64,000 nucleotides of DNA, taken from contig JALJEE010000366.1 in the NCBI GenBank assembly GCA_023231475.1, positions 1 through 64,000 of the forward strand. Direction: 5' to 3'. Both the position numbers and the translations under genes were made by a program. This document shows, one piece after another, positions 25,302 through 37,198 of this stretch; positions within the stretch are counted from its first letter, which is position 1, and every line of letters begins with the position of its first letter. Below the pieces are notes generated by a model. The model was not told the DNA's origin. It ran no database searches and was given only the letters and a program-made list of their open reading frames with translations. Origin of the DNA: Seison nebaliae (lineage: Eukaryota).

Positions 25302-26229
25302 ATGTTCCAACTTCCTCGATCATCGTCTCTGGGGCGAAATATCTGTGATTGGCGTCAGAAAGATGGACAAAATGATTATAATTTTATCAAATTGGAATTA
25401 CAAAACGGAATATTGTACATCAATCCAAATATTGAAGTGGAAAATTCCGAGCATTTTTTTTCCGATGGATCTTTTGATGTTTCGCCGATCGGTTATGCCC
25501 AACTATATGTTAGGAGTGCGATGTTTTCGCAAAAAGCAATAACATTTGAACTGCCTATTGAAAAACAAAAAACGTACTTCATACGAAGAAATGTTTAGCC
25601 AAATGAAAGAGACATGTTATTTCAATCCAAAAAGTTTTTGTACCGACTTTGAAATTGGTGCAATAAATGCCCTTAGAGCGGTTTTCGAAACAGTCGAGGT
25701 GCATGGCTGTTATTTTCACCTCAGGAAAAGCATTTTCCGAAAAGTTTCAGCCAGCGGAGAGAAATTGAAAATCAATACTGGCGAAAAATATAAAAATGGA
25801 GTATATTTTCTCTCGTTGTTCTCATTCGTTCCAGAAGCTGATATGGCCAAAGGGTTTAATCGAATAGGTGATTTTTTTGATGGCGAGTGGAAGGAAATCG
25901 ACGTTTATTTTTACGCCTATTATATCCGCCCAACGGCAAGTTTCGCGGTGTCTATATGGAGCAATTACGAAAGGACCCTCTGCAATTTATCGAGAACGAA
26001 TAACTTTAGCGAAGGCAACAACAATGCCATAGAAACCTTCGTGAAAAGTGGCAACTTAACAATCCAACGTTTAACAATATTTGAAGTTGTTATTGAAAAT
26101 GTTGGAAATGTTGAAGGAGAAACGAATCTTTATTGTTGCGGCAAAGAACCTTTGGAGGCGACAATTGCCAATTATCCTGGAGGAATTATTTGGATTTTAT
26201 TCAAAGTAAGGCGTATGGGAAAGGACTGA
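25302..26229 (+). mobile_element. MULE/Mutator transposase remnant (frameshifted)
   Basis: FFSDGSFDVSP..YAQLY, CLLKNK...YEEMF, TDFEIGAINALRAVF...HGCYFH and RTNNFSEG are MULE DDE motifs, split over two frames. Confidence 0.85.
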
Positions 26230-26262
26230 TCCTTATGGTAAAAATCCAATCGTTTCGGAGGC

Positions 26263-27239
26263 ATGATACAAAATTGGAGTATGATGAAAGATAGGGCAGA
26301 AATAATTATTCAATATACATATTCCTTAATGAAATGGTATGATAATATAAAGAAGGACGTCAGCGATCATATAAGTAACTGTTTTGGTTCTTCGGAGGAA
26401 TTACGGGATTCAGAAATGGCCGCAACGGAAATATCTTATAGATCTTACCTTAAGGCTGTTTCCGATATTTGTAAAAATCTGGAAAAACGGCTTGTTATTT
26501 CGAAAATGAATTCATAATCGCCTTTAATTGAAAAAAAAATGAACAAGAATTGGGTCGGAGATAAATTGGCGTAAATATTGAGTAATGTTTACGAATATTT
26601 CAAAATTGAAACAATATTTTATCTCGATGACGATGACGAAGAATTGGAATATACCGATATGGGCCAAATAAAATTCAACGCTATATAAGGAAAGGTTGAA
26701 GAGAATCAGGATTTATCGGATGATATGGCTAGGTATTCCATCGAATGTAAGCGTTTGAAGCATGAAGGTTTCGAAGAATATTGGTTAAGGAACCAAAAAA
26801 CTTTGCCCATTCTTTATAAAATTGCTAAGATAATTAATTGCATCTCAACAATTTCTTTAAAGTAGGAACAAATGTTATCATCGGCAGGGAATATTTATAC
26901 CCCGAAAAGAAATTGTCTCGTCGTTGAGAACTTATCCAATTTAACATTTCTTCACGCTAACAAGTCTCAACATCACGCAATTTTCTTCATTATTATCTTC
27001 ATAACTGTCCAAACTGTCACCGTATACATGCCATTTGATTAATTTTTTATTTTTTCTGGGAAATTTTGTAAAATTTTTATAAAATTTTTATAGAAAGCGT
27101 TCGCGAACGAAATTAGAACATTCCTTTGAGCGTTATTGATAAGAACAATGTATTTGGTTCTCGTTCAACTGATTTTCAAAAACCAGACATCACACTTATA
27201 TTCGAGAGCGGTCAATTTTTGTTCGTGTGAATAGCACTA
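26263..27239 (+). mobile_element. hAT transposase C-terminal remnant with a probable right end
   Basis: The hATC dimerisation motif YWLRNQKTLPILYKIAKII...*EQMLSSAGNIYTPKRNCL..ENLSNLTFLHAN at ~26780-26960 has an in-frame stop. A possible terminus ...GCACTA lies at 27239. Confidence 0.7.
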
Positions 27240-27334
27240 GTTATTTAGAATAATTTTGTATAAATTAATTAATAAAAAGAAGAATTATAACATATTTTTA
27301 TTTCAGTTCAATTTTTTTTAACTGTTAGATAAGA

Positions 27335-28735
27335 ATGGATTTATCTAATAATTATACATATTCATTAATGCATGATCGTTGGGCAAAGATCAACCTCTTG
27401 TCCAAGAACAATAGTAATATTAACGGTTTCTATAATTCGCCAGAACTCGGCCTATGTTTAACGAACACATTATTGAGCATGATTACCTCTAGTCTAAATT
27501 TGATGAGCATTGTTAAATGCAGATTTGGAGATTGTCCACCTAATATAGATTATCAAGTATCAGATGTATATAGATTATTATGTAATCGATCTCCCAAATA
27601 TGGGATTGCAACAGTCACTGCATCAGATGTTCTGATTAAAGGCATCTGTGACAATTATGACGGGAAAAAACATGGATCACTTTTCGGAGTTGCAGGTGAC
27701 TATTATCTTTTGAAAAATTATAGTTCGAAGATTATGCCTCTCGAATTTTATGAACCCAGTCGGATAATATGTCACAAATTAACCCGAATTATTCGTGGTA
27801 CGAAAAATAATTTATCCAGTGACTTTAAGAGATGGACTGATCTAATCGAAGATTTATTGACACCGAAATACGTTTCTAAATTCGATTTTCCTTTTGACTT
27901 TGTTTGGTATTCAAAAATAAAAATGTTGAATATCGAACTCGTTTTTGACGGTTTATCATTCAATCCTTTGGAGAACAGACAATTCCATAGGGACTACCAG
28001 AATTTATTCAAACATAATGAAACCAGGAAATTAAATAATATACTAACTGCTGGTAATACGAAGCCGAAAATAATTTTTTTTGGTTTTAATAAATGGAAAT
28101 CTGTCCGACTTCATCCAAGATTCTTCTACAACTTCATAAATTCTTTAAATGAAACGTATATTCTATATAAACAAAAGAATATTCCATATCATTTAAAGAA
28201 TTTCCCTGTTCATTTTTATCCTCAAACCATGTCGACTCCACTGGATCTTAACCAGTATGGTAACGAATATCCTTTCCGATTTAATAATACGAATTTTATG
28301 TATACTTTAAAATCCATATCTATTACATTAGTTAATGAGAAAATAATTCATCTATTCGATATTCCAATATCGACTATTAACAATGACGAAATTGATCAAT
28401 GTGTAAAACAAATAATAAATCGTACAATAACATTATTAGAAGAGCGAACCCTAAGAGAAATAATTCATTTTATGAAACTTAATATTATACTTATAAAATA
28501 CCAATTTTCGAAGGTATGTGCCTTTTTTTTAAATGCCGATCTTGGGACAGATTACAGTTCTGATCGTGTATATATCCATGCAATTGCGCTCATCTTTCGC
28601 AATCATAAGTGGATCATGATGAACGACGAATTATCATTTGCTATTGAGAATATAAGAACTATTACACAAATGTTAAAAGATGAATCGATTTCTAGTGTTT
28701 TATTAGAAGAAAGTAATTTGGTAACAAATTTGTAA
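27335..28735 (+). CDS. Second divergent USP (peptidase C19)-like deubiquitinase, intronless
   Basis: Cys-box-like GFYNSPELGLCLTNTLLSMI and His-box-like HAIALIFRNHKWIMMNDE. The C-terminus resembles that of the 23022-24869 protein. Confidence 0.6.
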   Translation: MDLSNNYTYSLMHDRWAKINLLSKNNSNINGFYNSPELGLCLTNTLLSMITSSLNLMSIVKCRFGDCPPNIDYQVSDVYRLLCNRSPKYGIATVTASDVLIKGICDNYDGKKHGSLFGVAGDYYLLKNYSSKIMPLEFYEPSRIICHKLTRIIRGTKNNLSSDFKRWTDLIEDLLTPKYVSKFDFPFDFVWYSKIKMLNIELVFDGLSFNPLENRQFHRDYQNLFKHNETRKLNNILTAGNTKPKIIFFGFNKWKSVRLHPRFFYNFINSLNETYILYKQKNIPYHLKNFPVHFYPQTMSTPLDLNQYGNEYPFRFNNTNFMYTLKSISITLVNEKIIHLFDIPISTINNDEIDQCVKQIINRTITLLEERTLREIIHFMKLNIILIKYQFSKVCAFFLNADLGTDYSSDRVYIHAIALIFRNHKWIMMNDELSFAIENIRTITQMLKDESISSVLLEESNLVTNL

Positions 28736-29028
28736 TAATTCTTCTTGATCACTTTTGTACAAAATTTTAAGTGTATTTAAAAATCATAATTTAAGAACAA
28801 TAAAATACAATCATTCAGTTTTCAAATACCAAGTGAAAGGGATTTAAAGGGCGAAAAATTTATTTTTGAAATTAAATTTTATACAAATATTTCCAACAGT
28901 GATGTAGATAATAAAATATATTGATCTAGTAAAACTCCTTAAAAATTATAGCTAATATACTGTAGTTTAATAGGGGGATTTAAACAGAAAAATCAGATTT
29001 TTACGAGATTTCTAAAGAACTACAATAC

Positions 29029-30168
29029 TCAATGACTATAATCTAAAGATTCTAATTTCCTAATAACACCTTCCTCCATTTTTTCATATGGATTATAAGA
29101 TGTTTGCGTTCCCTGTCGTTTTACTGTTGACGATGCAACTATCGACGATGATTCGATAATTGGAACTAATTGAGATTTTATTCTTTCCGCATAATCACTG
29201 CTGTCTGCTTGCTTCCCATAAGTTAAATGATAACCAGTTTGCATCAACAAAACAGTTAGACATCCGACAAATGCATCTCCCGATCCTGTTGTATCAACTG
29301 CTTTAAAATCAATTTCCTGCAATAAATGTTTGTTGAGAGGAATGGATGTTGTCATGCTCCCATGTTCGGGATGTGAGTCATATAAATATATTCCATTTCC
29401 ACCTAGCGTTATAATTAATGTTCTCCGTTCATTAAACGATTGTGCTTTCATCAATTTGTCACAAATTTTCTTAAGGAATTTCTGTGCGTCTTTTTCTTTC
29501 GTCATAACCTTATTCCATTGAGTTTTATTTGGTTTCGTTCCCAGTAAATATTCGGAGAATTCATATTCATTAAAGATGAGTACATCAGAATTGCCTAAGA
29601 AATCTTCGAAGACAAATTTATCGAATCTGACAGGTGCAGCATTTAATACAACAAACTTATTTAGCAATTTTGCATATTTTATCAAATCTAATGTTGCACT
29701 TAAATCTGATTCCATCTGTATTAAAACACATCCGATATCGTCCTTAAGGAATGTTTGGAACTTGTCTTCACTAAACATTTTTTTCATATCTGTATTAAGA
29801 TCTTGAGCAATGACAATTGTATTCTCTGCATTATTCTTCTGCACATAAATACTCGCCACTGATGTATGATAACCATCTTTTCTAACGACGTACGTCGTAT
29901 CTAAACTTGGATAACCTTTCCAAACAGTTTCCATGAACTTTCCCATACTGTCCGTTCCGATTTGAGAGCAGAAATAAACTCTTAGTTTTTTTTCTTCGCT
30001 AACACCATCCATCATTAATGCAGCCATTGCTGCTTGATTATCGCCTTTGCCACCAGCAGAAATTATATATGAGTCAGCGAACTCTACACCACCAGGTACT
30101 GGTTCCTTCTTCAATATGAATAAGTTGTCTACATTCACTGTACCGTAAATGAAAAGATCTTTCGACAT
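29029..30168 (-). CDS. RBKS: Ribokinase (PfkB family), intronless
   Basis: GTVNVD, GGKGDNQA, ENTIVI, LNAAP, NEYE, IITLGGNG, AVDTTGSGDAFVG. Confidence 0.88.
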   Translation of the reverse strand: MSKDLFIYGTVNVDNLFILKKEPVPGGVEFADSYIISAGGKGDNQAAMAALMMDGVSEEKKLRVYFCSQIGTDSMGKFMETVWKGYPSLDTTYVVRKDGYHTSVASIYVQKNNAENTIVIAQDLNTDMKKMFSEDKFQTFLKDDIGCVLIQMESDLSATLDLIKYAKLLNKFVVLNAAPVRFDKFVFEDFLGNSDVLIFNEYEFSEYLLGTKPNKTQWNKVMTKEKDAQKFLKKICDKLMKAQSFNERRTLIITLGGNGIYLYDSHPEHGSMTTSIPLNKHLLQEIDFKAVDTTGSGDAFVGCLTVLLMQTGYHLTYGKQADSSDYAERIKSQLVPIIESSSIVASSTVKRQGTQTSYNPYEKMEEGVIRKLESLDYSH

Positions 30169-30612
30169 TTTTTTTGGTACAAAGACAATCAAAAGAAAAA
30201 TGAAAAATATATGTCTAAAACAAAATCCTTTTTACTTCTTTTTTCCATTATAGTTTCGTCTTTTTATCTTTTTCATCTTCAACTCGTAAGAACAAAAAAT
30301 TCCAAATTGAAATAATTTCAAGTTATAAGAATGAGAGAAAGTTATTATTATATTATAATATGTTATATTAATATTAACTCACAATTTGTTATTTTCAGAA
30401 TTTATTCGGTTTGGACATTTTTTCTATTCCAATGAATTTTCCTATCGTTATCATTCAAATTAATTTATAGTGCTTAAACTATTATTTATCAATAATATTC
30501 GTGGAAGTATCAGATTCTTTGAATTTGTAGTTATTCCAATTGAGAATAGATGGAAAATCATTATAAAACGAACTTAACAATATAGAACAGTGAAAAATTA
30601 TTTAAATACAAA

Positions 30613-31080
30613 ATGAAGCTTTTCATATTTCAGAGGAAATTATATTCTTATGGGAATGTAGTAAAGTCATATAATAATGGACGACAATTTACCCCTATCA
30701 TATCATCATCAACCAGAAATTTATCAATAAATTCCAAATCAAATAAAGAAGGAATCAATGATCGGAAACCATTGAAATTTTTGAATAGTCGAGCGAATCG
30801 ATTCGATGCATTAGATCATTACGCTCCAAGAAGACACAAATCGAATGCTGAAGGACCAGTGTTAGCTCTCTCAATCATTGTTCTCGTCATATATTTCGGT
30901 TGGTTGAGATCGGAGAATGATTTGGATCATATGTTCGATGATTCCAATTATAAGATTGCACCAGAATTGAAACTGAAATTATTGAAGGAGACAATCGAGT
31001 TTTATGAGAAACGGAATGAAGATATTACGGAACTGAAGCGCGAACTGTTAAAGATGGAACAGATGATTGAAAAAAAATGA
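30613..31080 (+). CDS. UQCC4: CCSMST1/UQCC4-like mitochondrial membrane protein
   Basis: Presequence-like N-terminus, KPLKFLNSRA, TM PVLALSIIVLVIYFGW followed by LRSENDLD, and a C-terminal coiled coil. Confidence 0.7.
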   Translation: MKLFIFQRKLYSYGNVVKSYNNGRQFTPIISSSTRNLSINSKSNKEGINDRKPLKFLNSRANRFDALDHYAPRRHKSNAEGPVLALSIIVLVIYFGWLRSENDLDHMFDDSNYKIAPELKLKLLKETIEFYEKRNEDITELKRELLKMEQMIEKK

Positions 31081-32651
31081 TTTTATATTTGTATATTAAT
31101 TTAAATTAAATAATTTGATGAAATGTTTGTTAATTGTGTTATGAATAAAAATTAAACAATGAAATTGAGCGGAGAAAAAATAGGAAAATGGGAAATAGTT
31201 GGAAATATAAATGGAGGAGGAATATTTGAGAACTGGATGAATTTCCTTGAAATTTAATGATATTCATATTGATAAGGTCGGAAACCAATAAACAATAAAT
31301 TTATATTATGAGAATGATATGAGAATAATGGGAAATATGAAATTCTCCAATAATTCTTTATTTATTAAGAAACTAATGACAATAATTTAGAATTGAATTG
31401 AAATAGAGTGATATGCAAAAAAATTTGTACGTCGTCAACGACGAAACAACTCCATATATTATTTTGGCACTTGACTTCTCCTTATCTAATGTACACAAAT
31501 CGAAGAGATCGTGCCGAATGTATTCATCGAATTCAAACTGAATTCCCAACAAAGAAAATGAATTCAAATTCATTGATACATTTATTCAGACTTGTTCTCT
31601 CTTTTTGTCTCTCTGAAAATTCTTAATAATTATTAATGCCGTCGTCACTGGTGTTTGGTAGATTCACATATCATAAAAATGATGATGATGTTTAGGAAAA
31701 GGAAATTCATATCAGAGACAGAATGTGAATATAAAAAAATGTCAGACAAATGGAGATGAAATCGAAATCAGTTGAAATGAATAAATTTATTATTGACATA
31801 ATCATCCGATTTCAAATGACTGTTAAATATTTTCAATATCAATCAATAATTCGTTTTCCTTATTCCTTTATAAAATATTTCGCCTCTAAATAAGTTGATC
31901 GTTTGATAAATCCGAAATATCTATAACTCGAACTCATGACAGTCTGACAGAAATGATTTGAAAAAAGTCTTCGCTAAAAGGATTTCGTCAAACGAAGTAG
32001 AAAGTATTCGAGAGTGTATAAACGTGCAGAAAATAAAGATTTCCATTCAATAGTATAATATACGGAATGCGTTGAAGTAACAACTTTTATTTAAAGAGTG
32101 ACATGCTAACTTTTAGTCGTGAGTTTAATAGAAGAGCTAACATGAAGTCATTGAGTGAAGGAAAGAGAGAAGAATGTTTTCATTTTACGACAACTGCATT
32201 CCATACAGTGTTCGAATGATGAAAACGCTGCCTGTGTCTACTTATAACGTCAATAAGAAATTATTTAATAATATTTCTATATTTCTAATATTTATATTTA
32301 TCACAGCGAACAGTTTTTCGATGTATAAAATTCTTCTCTTTCTAAACTCCGATAATTTGGAAGATAATTCTTCTTCATTCAGCATATATTCCGTTAGTAG
32401 AAGAGGCTAATTCGAAAGGAAGAACATAATAATTTTATTCCACTTTCAAGTAATATGAAGGAAGACATATCTAATCTTCCTAATTTAATTTCTGAAATTT
32501 CTTTTTTTTAGAAAGAAGAATTTCCAGAAATTCTTTTCTAAATCGAAGTGAATTATTTTGAAAAGAAATTACTCCATATTAATTTTAAGTTCGAAAATTG
32601 TATGGAATTATCTAATTTCTAAAAAGAATTATTCTTATTATCGATAGGAAT

Positions 32652-35024
32652 ATGACGACGAATGTTAATGATGTGAACAAGAATGAGTTAATAAATAATT
32701 TATATCAGAATTATAATAAGGAACATCTTTCAAATTATAATGAGAATGAGAATATTCAAACGTCGTTATGGGCAGGAAATACGTCAATTATTGGAGCAGT
32801 GAGTCAAGAGCCGAAGATAGATATTAATTATTTTAATTATCTCAATGCTTATTATCAATATCTTTCCGAATCAACTACTCAAACAACAACATCAATAACA
32901 TCATCTTCTGCTATATCTTCATTCATTTGTTCTACCACTGCTTCACAAACATCATCATTTACACCATGCTCAATGTCGAATCTTTCAACAGATACTACTG
33001 CATGTAATAATCAAATCATCAATAATAACAACGACAACAACAATAATAATCATAATAATAATAATAATGAATCTCTTGTTCCATCATCATTTATGTATGA
33101 TACTTTAACAAATCCGATGTCGATGTATTTCCATTTATATGATGGAGATAAACCCACCATTCTATTAGATACGACAAATAATATGAGTTATTCGAACAAC
33201 GCTAATACTTCGTCAACACATTTGACTAATATGAATACAGAAGAGATACCGATTGCATATCCATCGGAAACGTTTTCTAATCCGTTCGATTTACTTGCAT
33301 ATCCAAATCATCTATCTATTTATGATGAGAATTTTTATAAAGTTCAAGAACGTTTATTATCAGTATCATCATCTCTCTCAGCCACCACATCGTCCACTTT
33401 ATCAACATCAAATAATAATTCGAGTGGCGATTTAAATGATAATTCTGCTAATAATTCACAAGTGATGAATTCAAATGATTTACGAATGATTTCACCGTTT
33501 GTGGAAGGATTGTATTCTAATAATAATTTGTTGATTGATGCCGTATTCAATAACAAGACCGTCTTCCAATCAATGGAATCACTTCTTCAATTTAATCCGA
33601 ATAACATAAATTCCGAAAATAATGGTCTGAACGATAATTTCAATTGGTCGAATGTAACCCTTAATCAACATAATAAAGTTCAAAAGAATGATTTTAATCA
33701 ACAAAATTTCCTCTTTTGTCCAATCTGTAAAGAAAAACGTATTCCATATAATACGAGTTCTGGAATGCAAGTTTGTCCCGTTTGTCTTTCTTTACAAATG
33801 GAGAATAAGAAGCGACGAACCAAAGTTAGTTCTCTCCAATCACTTCATCCAATCATTTTCTTCCGACGATTCTTTTGTGCTTTACTATTTAATTAATAAA
33901 ATTTGATACCTATAAATTTATTAACTCTTTTTTATTTTAATTCCTCCTACACATTTCTAGTCGTCTGTGAAACGACCTGCAAATTCGAAAAATGAAAATA
34001 AAATTGAAACAAAGAAACCTAATACTTCGACGACCATCACTCCAATATCAGTTACATCATCGCAGTCTTCCTCTGTTACTCTTGGTACGACTTCGGCAAT
34101 CACAAAGAAAACGAATAATTGTTGTAGCAACTGTCGAACAACTGAAACGACATTATGGCGGCGAGATATTAAAGGTGAATCGGTGTGTAATGCATGTGGA
34201 CTTTATTTCAAATTACATAAAGTTTTCTTTTTCGTTATATGGGATGATATTCGCATAATTTTAATGGTCTTTTCACCTTAATCAGAAAGATCGTCCAAAA
34301 TCATATATGAAAAGTATAATTCAACCAAGAAAACGTCATAAGAAACGTGAGCATAAACCACCAATTTGTCCTTCACCACCTCCAACAGACATGAAACAAT
34401 TTAGGTCTAGTGTTATCACAATGAAACGGGATGCTCTCCTTCCAAAAATTATGGAGAATAAATCTTCTCTTGCAACGTCAACATCGATGAAGGATCCACA
34501 TCTTACGGAATTGACAGGAAATTTAGAAAATTATTATTCGAATGGAAATGCATTTAATGCACGAATATTTCATAAAAGTTTTTTTTTACTTTTTCCTTTT
34601 TTCAAATTTTTCTCATTGAGGAATAGATGAGAATGTTAATGTTTTCAATGAATTATCGAACTTTAATGGATTCTATTCATCGTCTAATACACCAATCGAT
34701 AATTCGGTGTTATCAATTCTCAATAATAAAACTACAACCACTGTTGATACTAATTATTCCTCCAACAACGATAATAATACGAATGGTCTTAATAACGATT
34801 ATCATAATGATTGTAATAATGAGGAAATAAATAATAATAATAATAACAATAATAACAATCACAATATTAATAATAATAATAATGATAATAGTGATACGAT
34901 ATCGGGAAAGAAGGAATGTAAAATAGATAAATTTTCTTCAATTCATTCCAATTTATCATTCCATGATAATAATTCATTAGATAATCAATATGATGCAACA
35001 TCATCATTTTTATTTACCCAATAA
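32652..35024 (+). CDS. GATA transcription factor (probably GATA4/5/6 class); introns 33824-33960, 34222-34285, 34578-34626
   Basis: C-finger [32 protein letters not shown] plus basic tail RP..MK.IIQPRKR. The N-finger is degenerate. Confidence 0.9.
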
Positions 35025-35230
35025 TTCGTTGAAATTATATTTATTCATTTCTTTTCCTCCCAATGTTTTTTTAGTTCCAATTATATATTTTATTATGAAA
35101 TTTGTAAATATTTCAGAAATATGCCTTTTCCTTTTAAATTTTACAACAATCTGTTTTTGTTCAACATTCTTCCTCTTCTCGTGCGTCATGTTACGGAATC
35201 TTATCAATCTCTCATTGTTCTTTCATCCGA

Positions 35231-36660
35231 TCAATTGGATAGTATTTTAAAAAAGTATTCGATCTGCGTTAATCACATTCAATATGATCCATAATGGAAA
35301 TATATTTTTATGAATAATTTAATAAAGAAATTCTTAACTTCCAATAACGAATCTTCTGGTAGATCGGTACAATGGATTGCATTTCTCACTTTATCTATCC
35401 CAAATTGGGCTCGTAATGTTTTCGGTCTTAACGTTCTCCCAATTTCCTGTCAATAATTTTTCCATTTTGGAACAAATTTTATATTCATCATAGATAGATC
35501 AATAATCTAACCGGATCAAATGGTCCGCAGAAATTTCGAAAATGTTTCTGAGCTTCCTTTCCTTGGAGTTCGAGAGCGATACACGGACCATTGCACAATT
35601 CATTGACCATTTTGGGATAATCTGAGAGAACGCCTTTGTATATTTCGAAGAATTCTTCAGCATCTTTCATTTGTAAGACGAAAGAATGTACTGCAATTAT
35701 ATCGAATCCTTCCTCTTCAATCCGTTGAATAATAGACGCTGAAAAATCAAAAATTTTCAAAACTCTAAAATATATCTTTAATGGACTAACATGTTAGATC
35801 GCTCTTTACTGCATGAGGCTTGATAATGGTTAAAGTTACATCATCTGTAAATATCGCATTACTTCGACCAATACTCTTATTGGATGTCGAGAAGAAAATG
35901 TTTGATAATTTCTCAGTCATCATTTCAGTTTTGGAGGCTAATGTCGTTTTACTTCCAAATTTCTTCTCAATAGTTACATCAGCATCCTCGTTCGATGATA
36001 TGAGTTGCCATTGCTCGACTGCTTGAAGACCTACCATTTCCAATAATATTAAAGTAGTACCAGCTAAATCGGTAGGTGAATATCTTAATGTTCGAAATAA
36101 ACTTTGATTTTAAGAAGTAAAATAGAAACTGATCATTCGCTTCCAAAATATTCAACATCAATCGAACGTCTTCAATCGATGGAACAATCGATCGAATATG
36201 AACAAGTTTCAATTGACTACGTGAGATGATATGCGTAATGTCACCCAAATGTTTCAATAATTCTCCTCGAATTATTCCTACTGTTCTCTCACTTTGTGCT
36301 GTACGCTTCGATCTAGTATATTCATTCCCATAATCAACAATATTTAACAATCTTCCATTAACATTGATGGAACTTCCAATATTAAGATCATTAACTTCAA
36401 CGGCTTCATGTTTCATCCGTCGTAAGAATTGACGGTTGTGCATCATATCGAACTAATTTTATTAAGAAATTATAATTTTAGGAAGAATATTGAAGGAAAC
36501 CATTTCGATGGTACCGTCATTCGGATAATAAACTAATTGATAAGTTCGTCGAATATTCGCCTGTGGATCCAACCATTGTACTTTATAAACGAAACGTTCT
36601 TCTGACTACAAGAATTTAAACGATTTGAATGATTTCTGTCAAATCTAATCTTCTAACCAT
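35231..36660 (-). CDS. NME7: Nucleoside diphosphate kinase 7 (DM10 plus two NDK-like domains), multi-exon
   Basis: ERFVYKVQWLDPQA..YQLVYYPNDGTIEMFD...FLRR, LNIVDYGNEYT, IIKPHAV, AEEFFEIYKGV, FRNFCGPFDP, NAIHCTDLPED, EYFFKIL. Confidence 0.93.
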
Positions 36661-36721
36661 ATCAATTTATCGATCAAATGCGGAAGTTGTAACAATAAAA
36701 TGTTTTACGAGTAGATGTTCG

Positions 36722-36735
36722 GTTGTCTTGGTGAT
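36722..36735. promoter_or_regulatory. Candidate RFX X-box upstream of NME7
   Basis: GTTGTCTTGGTGAT about 60 nt upstream of the NME7 ATG fits the X-box pattern GTTNCC-N(0-3)-RGYAAC loosely. Confidence 0.45.
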
Positions 36736-37198
36736 TTATTTGAAAATCTTCTTCGTTTCTCTGAAAAGAAAAACTCTCTTTCTCTTGAATAATAAATAAG
36801 AAAATAATTTTAATATTTCAAATTTTATTCTCAATTCCATTTGAATGCAAGCTTTGGAAGATTATTTATATTTTATCGGTCTCTTATGACAATTGTTCAT
36901 GGTTCTTTCATCTAGTTCTTTTGGTTCAATTTAATTGGGATCAATTTACATTATGGAACTTCCAAAAAAATATTTTTACATATAAATTTAAAGTTAAGTT
37001 AAAAGTTTGTTAAAGAAAAGTAACTGAATAAACAATAAATTAATAAATTTCTATGAGACTTTGGAAATAGATAAGTCGTAAAACGTGACATCGGATGGGA
37101 AATTATATCAAATCATTTTTCCGAAGTAGACTTATTTCATTCAATAATCTATTATTTTCTTGCACTATTTACTTGAATTTTTGGGAGTTTTATATGAA

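Noticed and set aside
22389..27245. 11-bp direct repeat CACTAGTTATT (22389 and 27235) as the TSD of a Pack-MULE carrying the first USP-like gene
   Set aside because: No terminal inverted repeats lie inside it, and an 11-mer match is expected by chance in several kb of AT-rich DNA.
29029..30168. Horizontal transfer of the intronless ribokinase
   Set aside because: Animals have RBKS, the composition matches the host, and other native genes here (SNIP1, UQCC4) are also intronless. A phylogeny would be needed.
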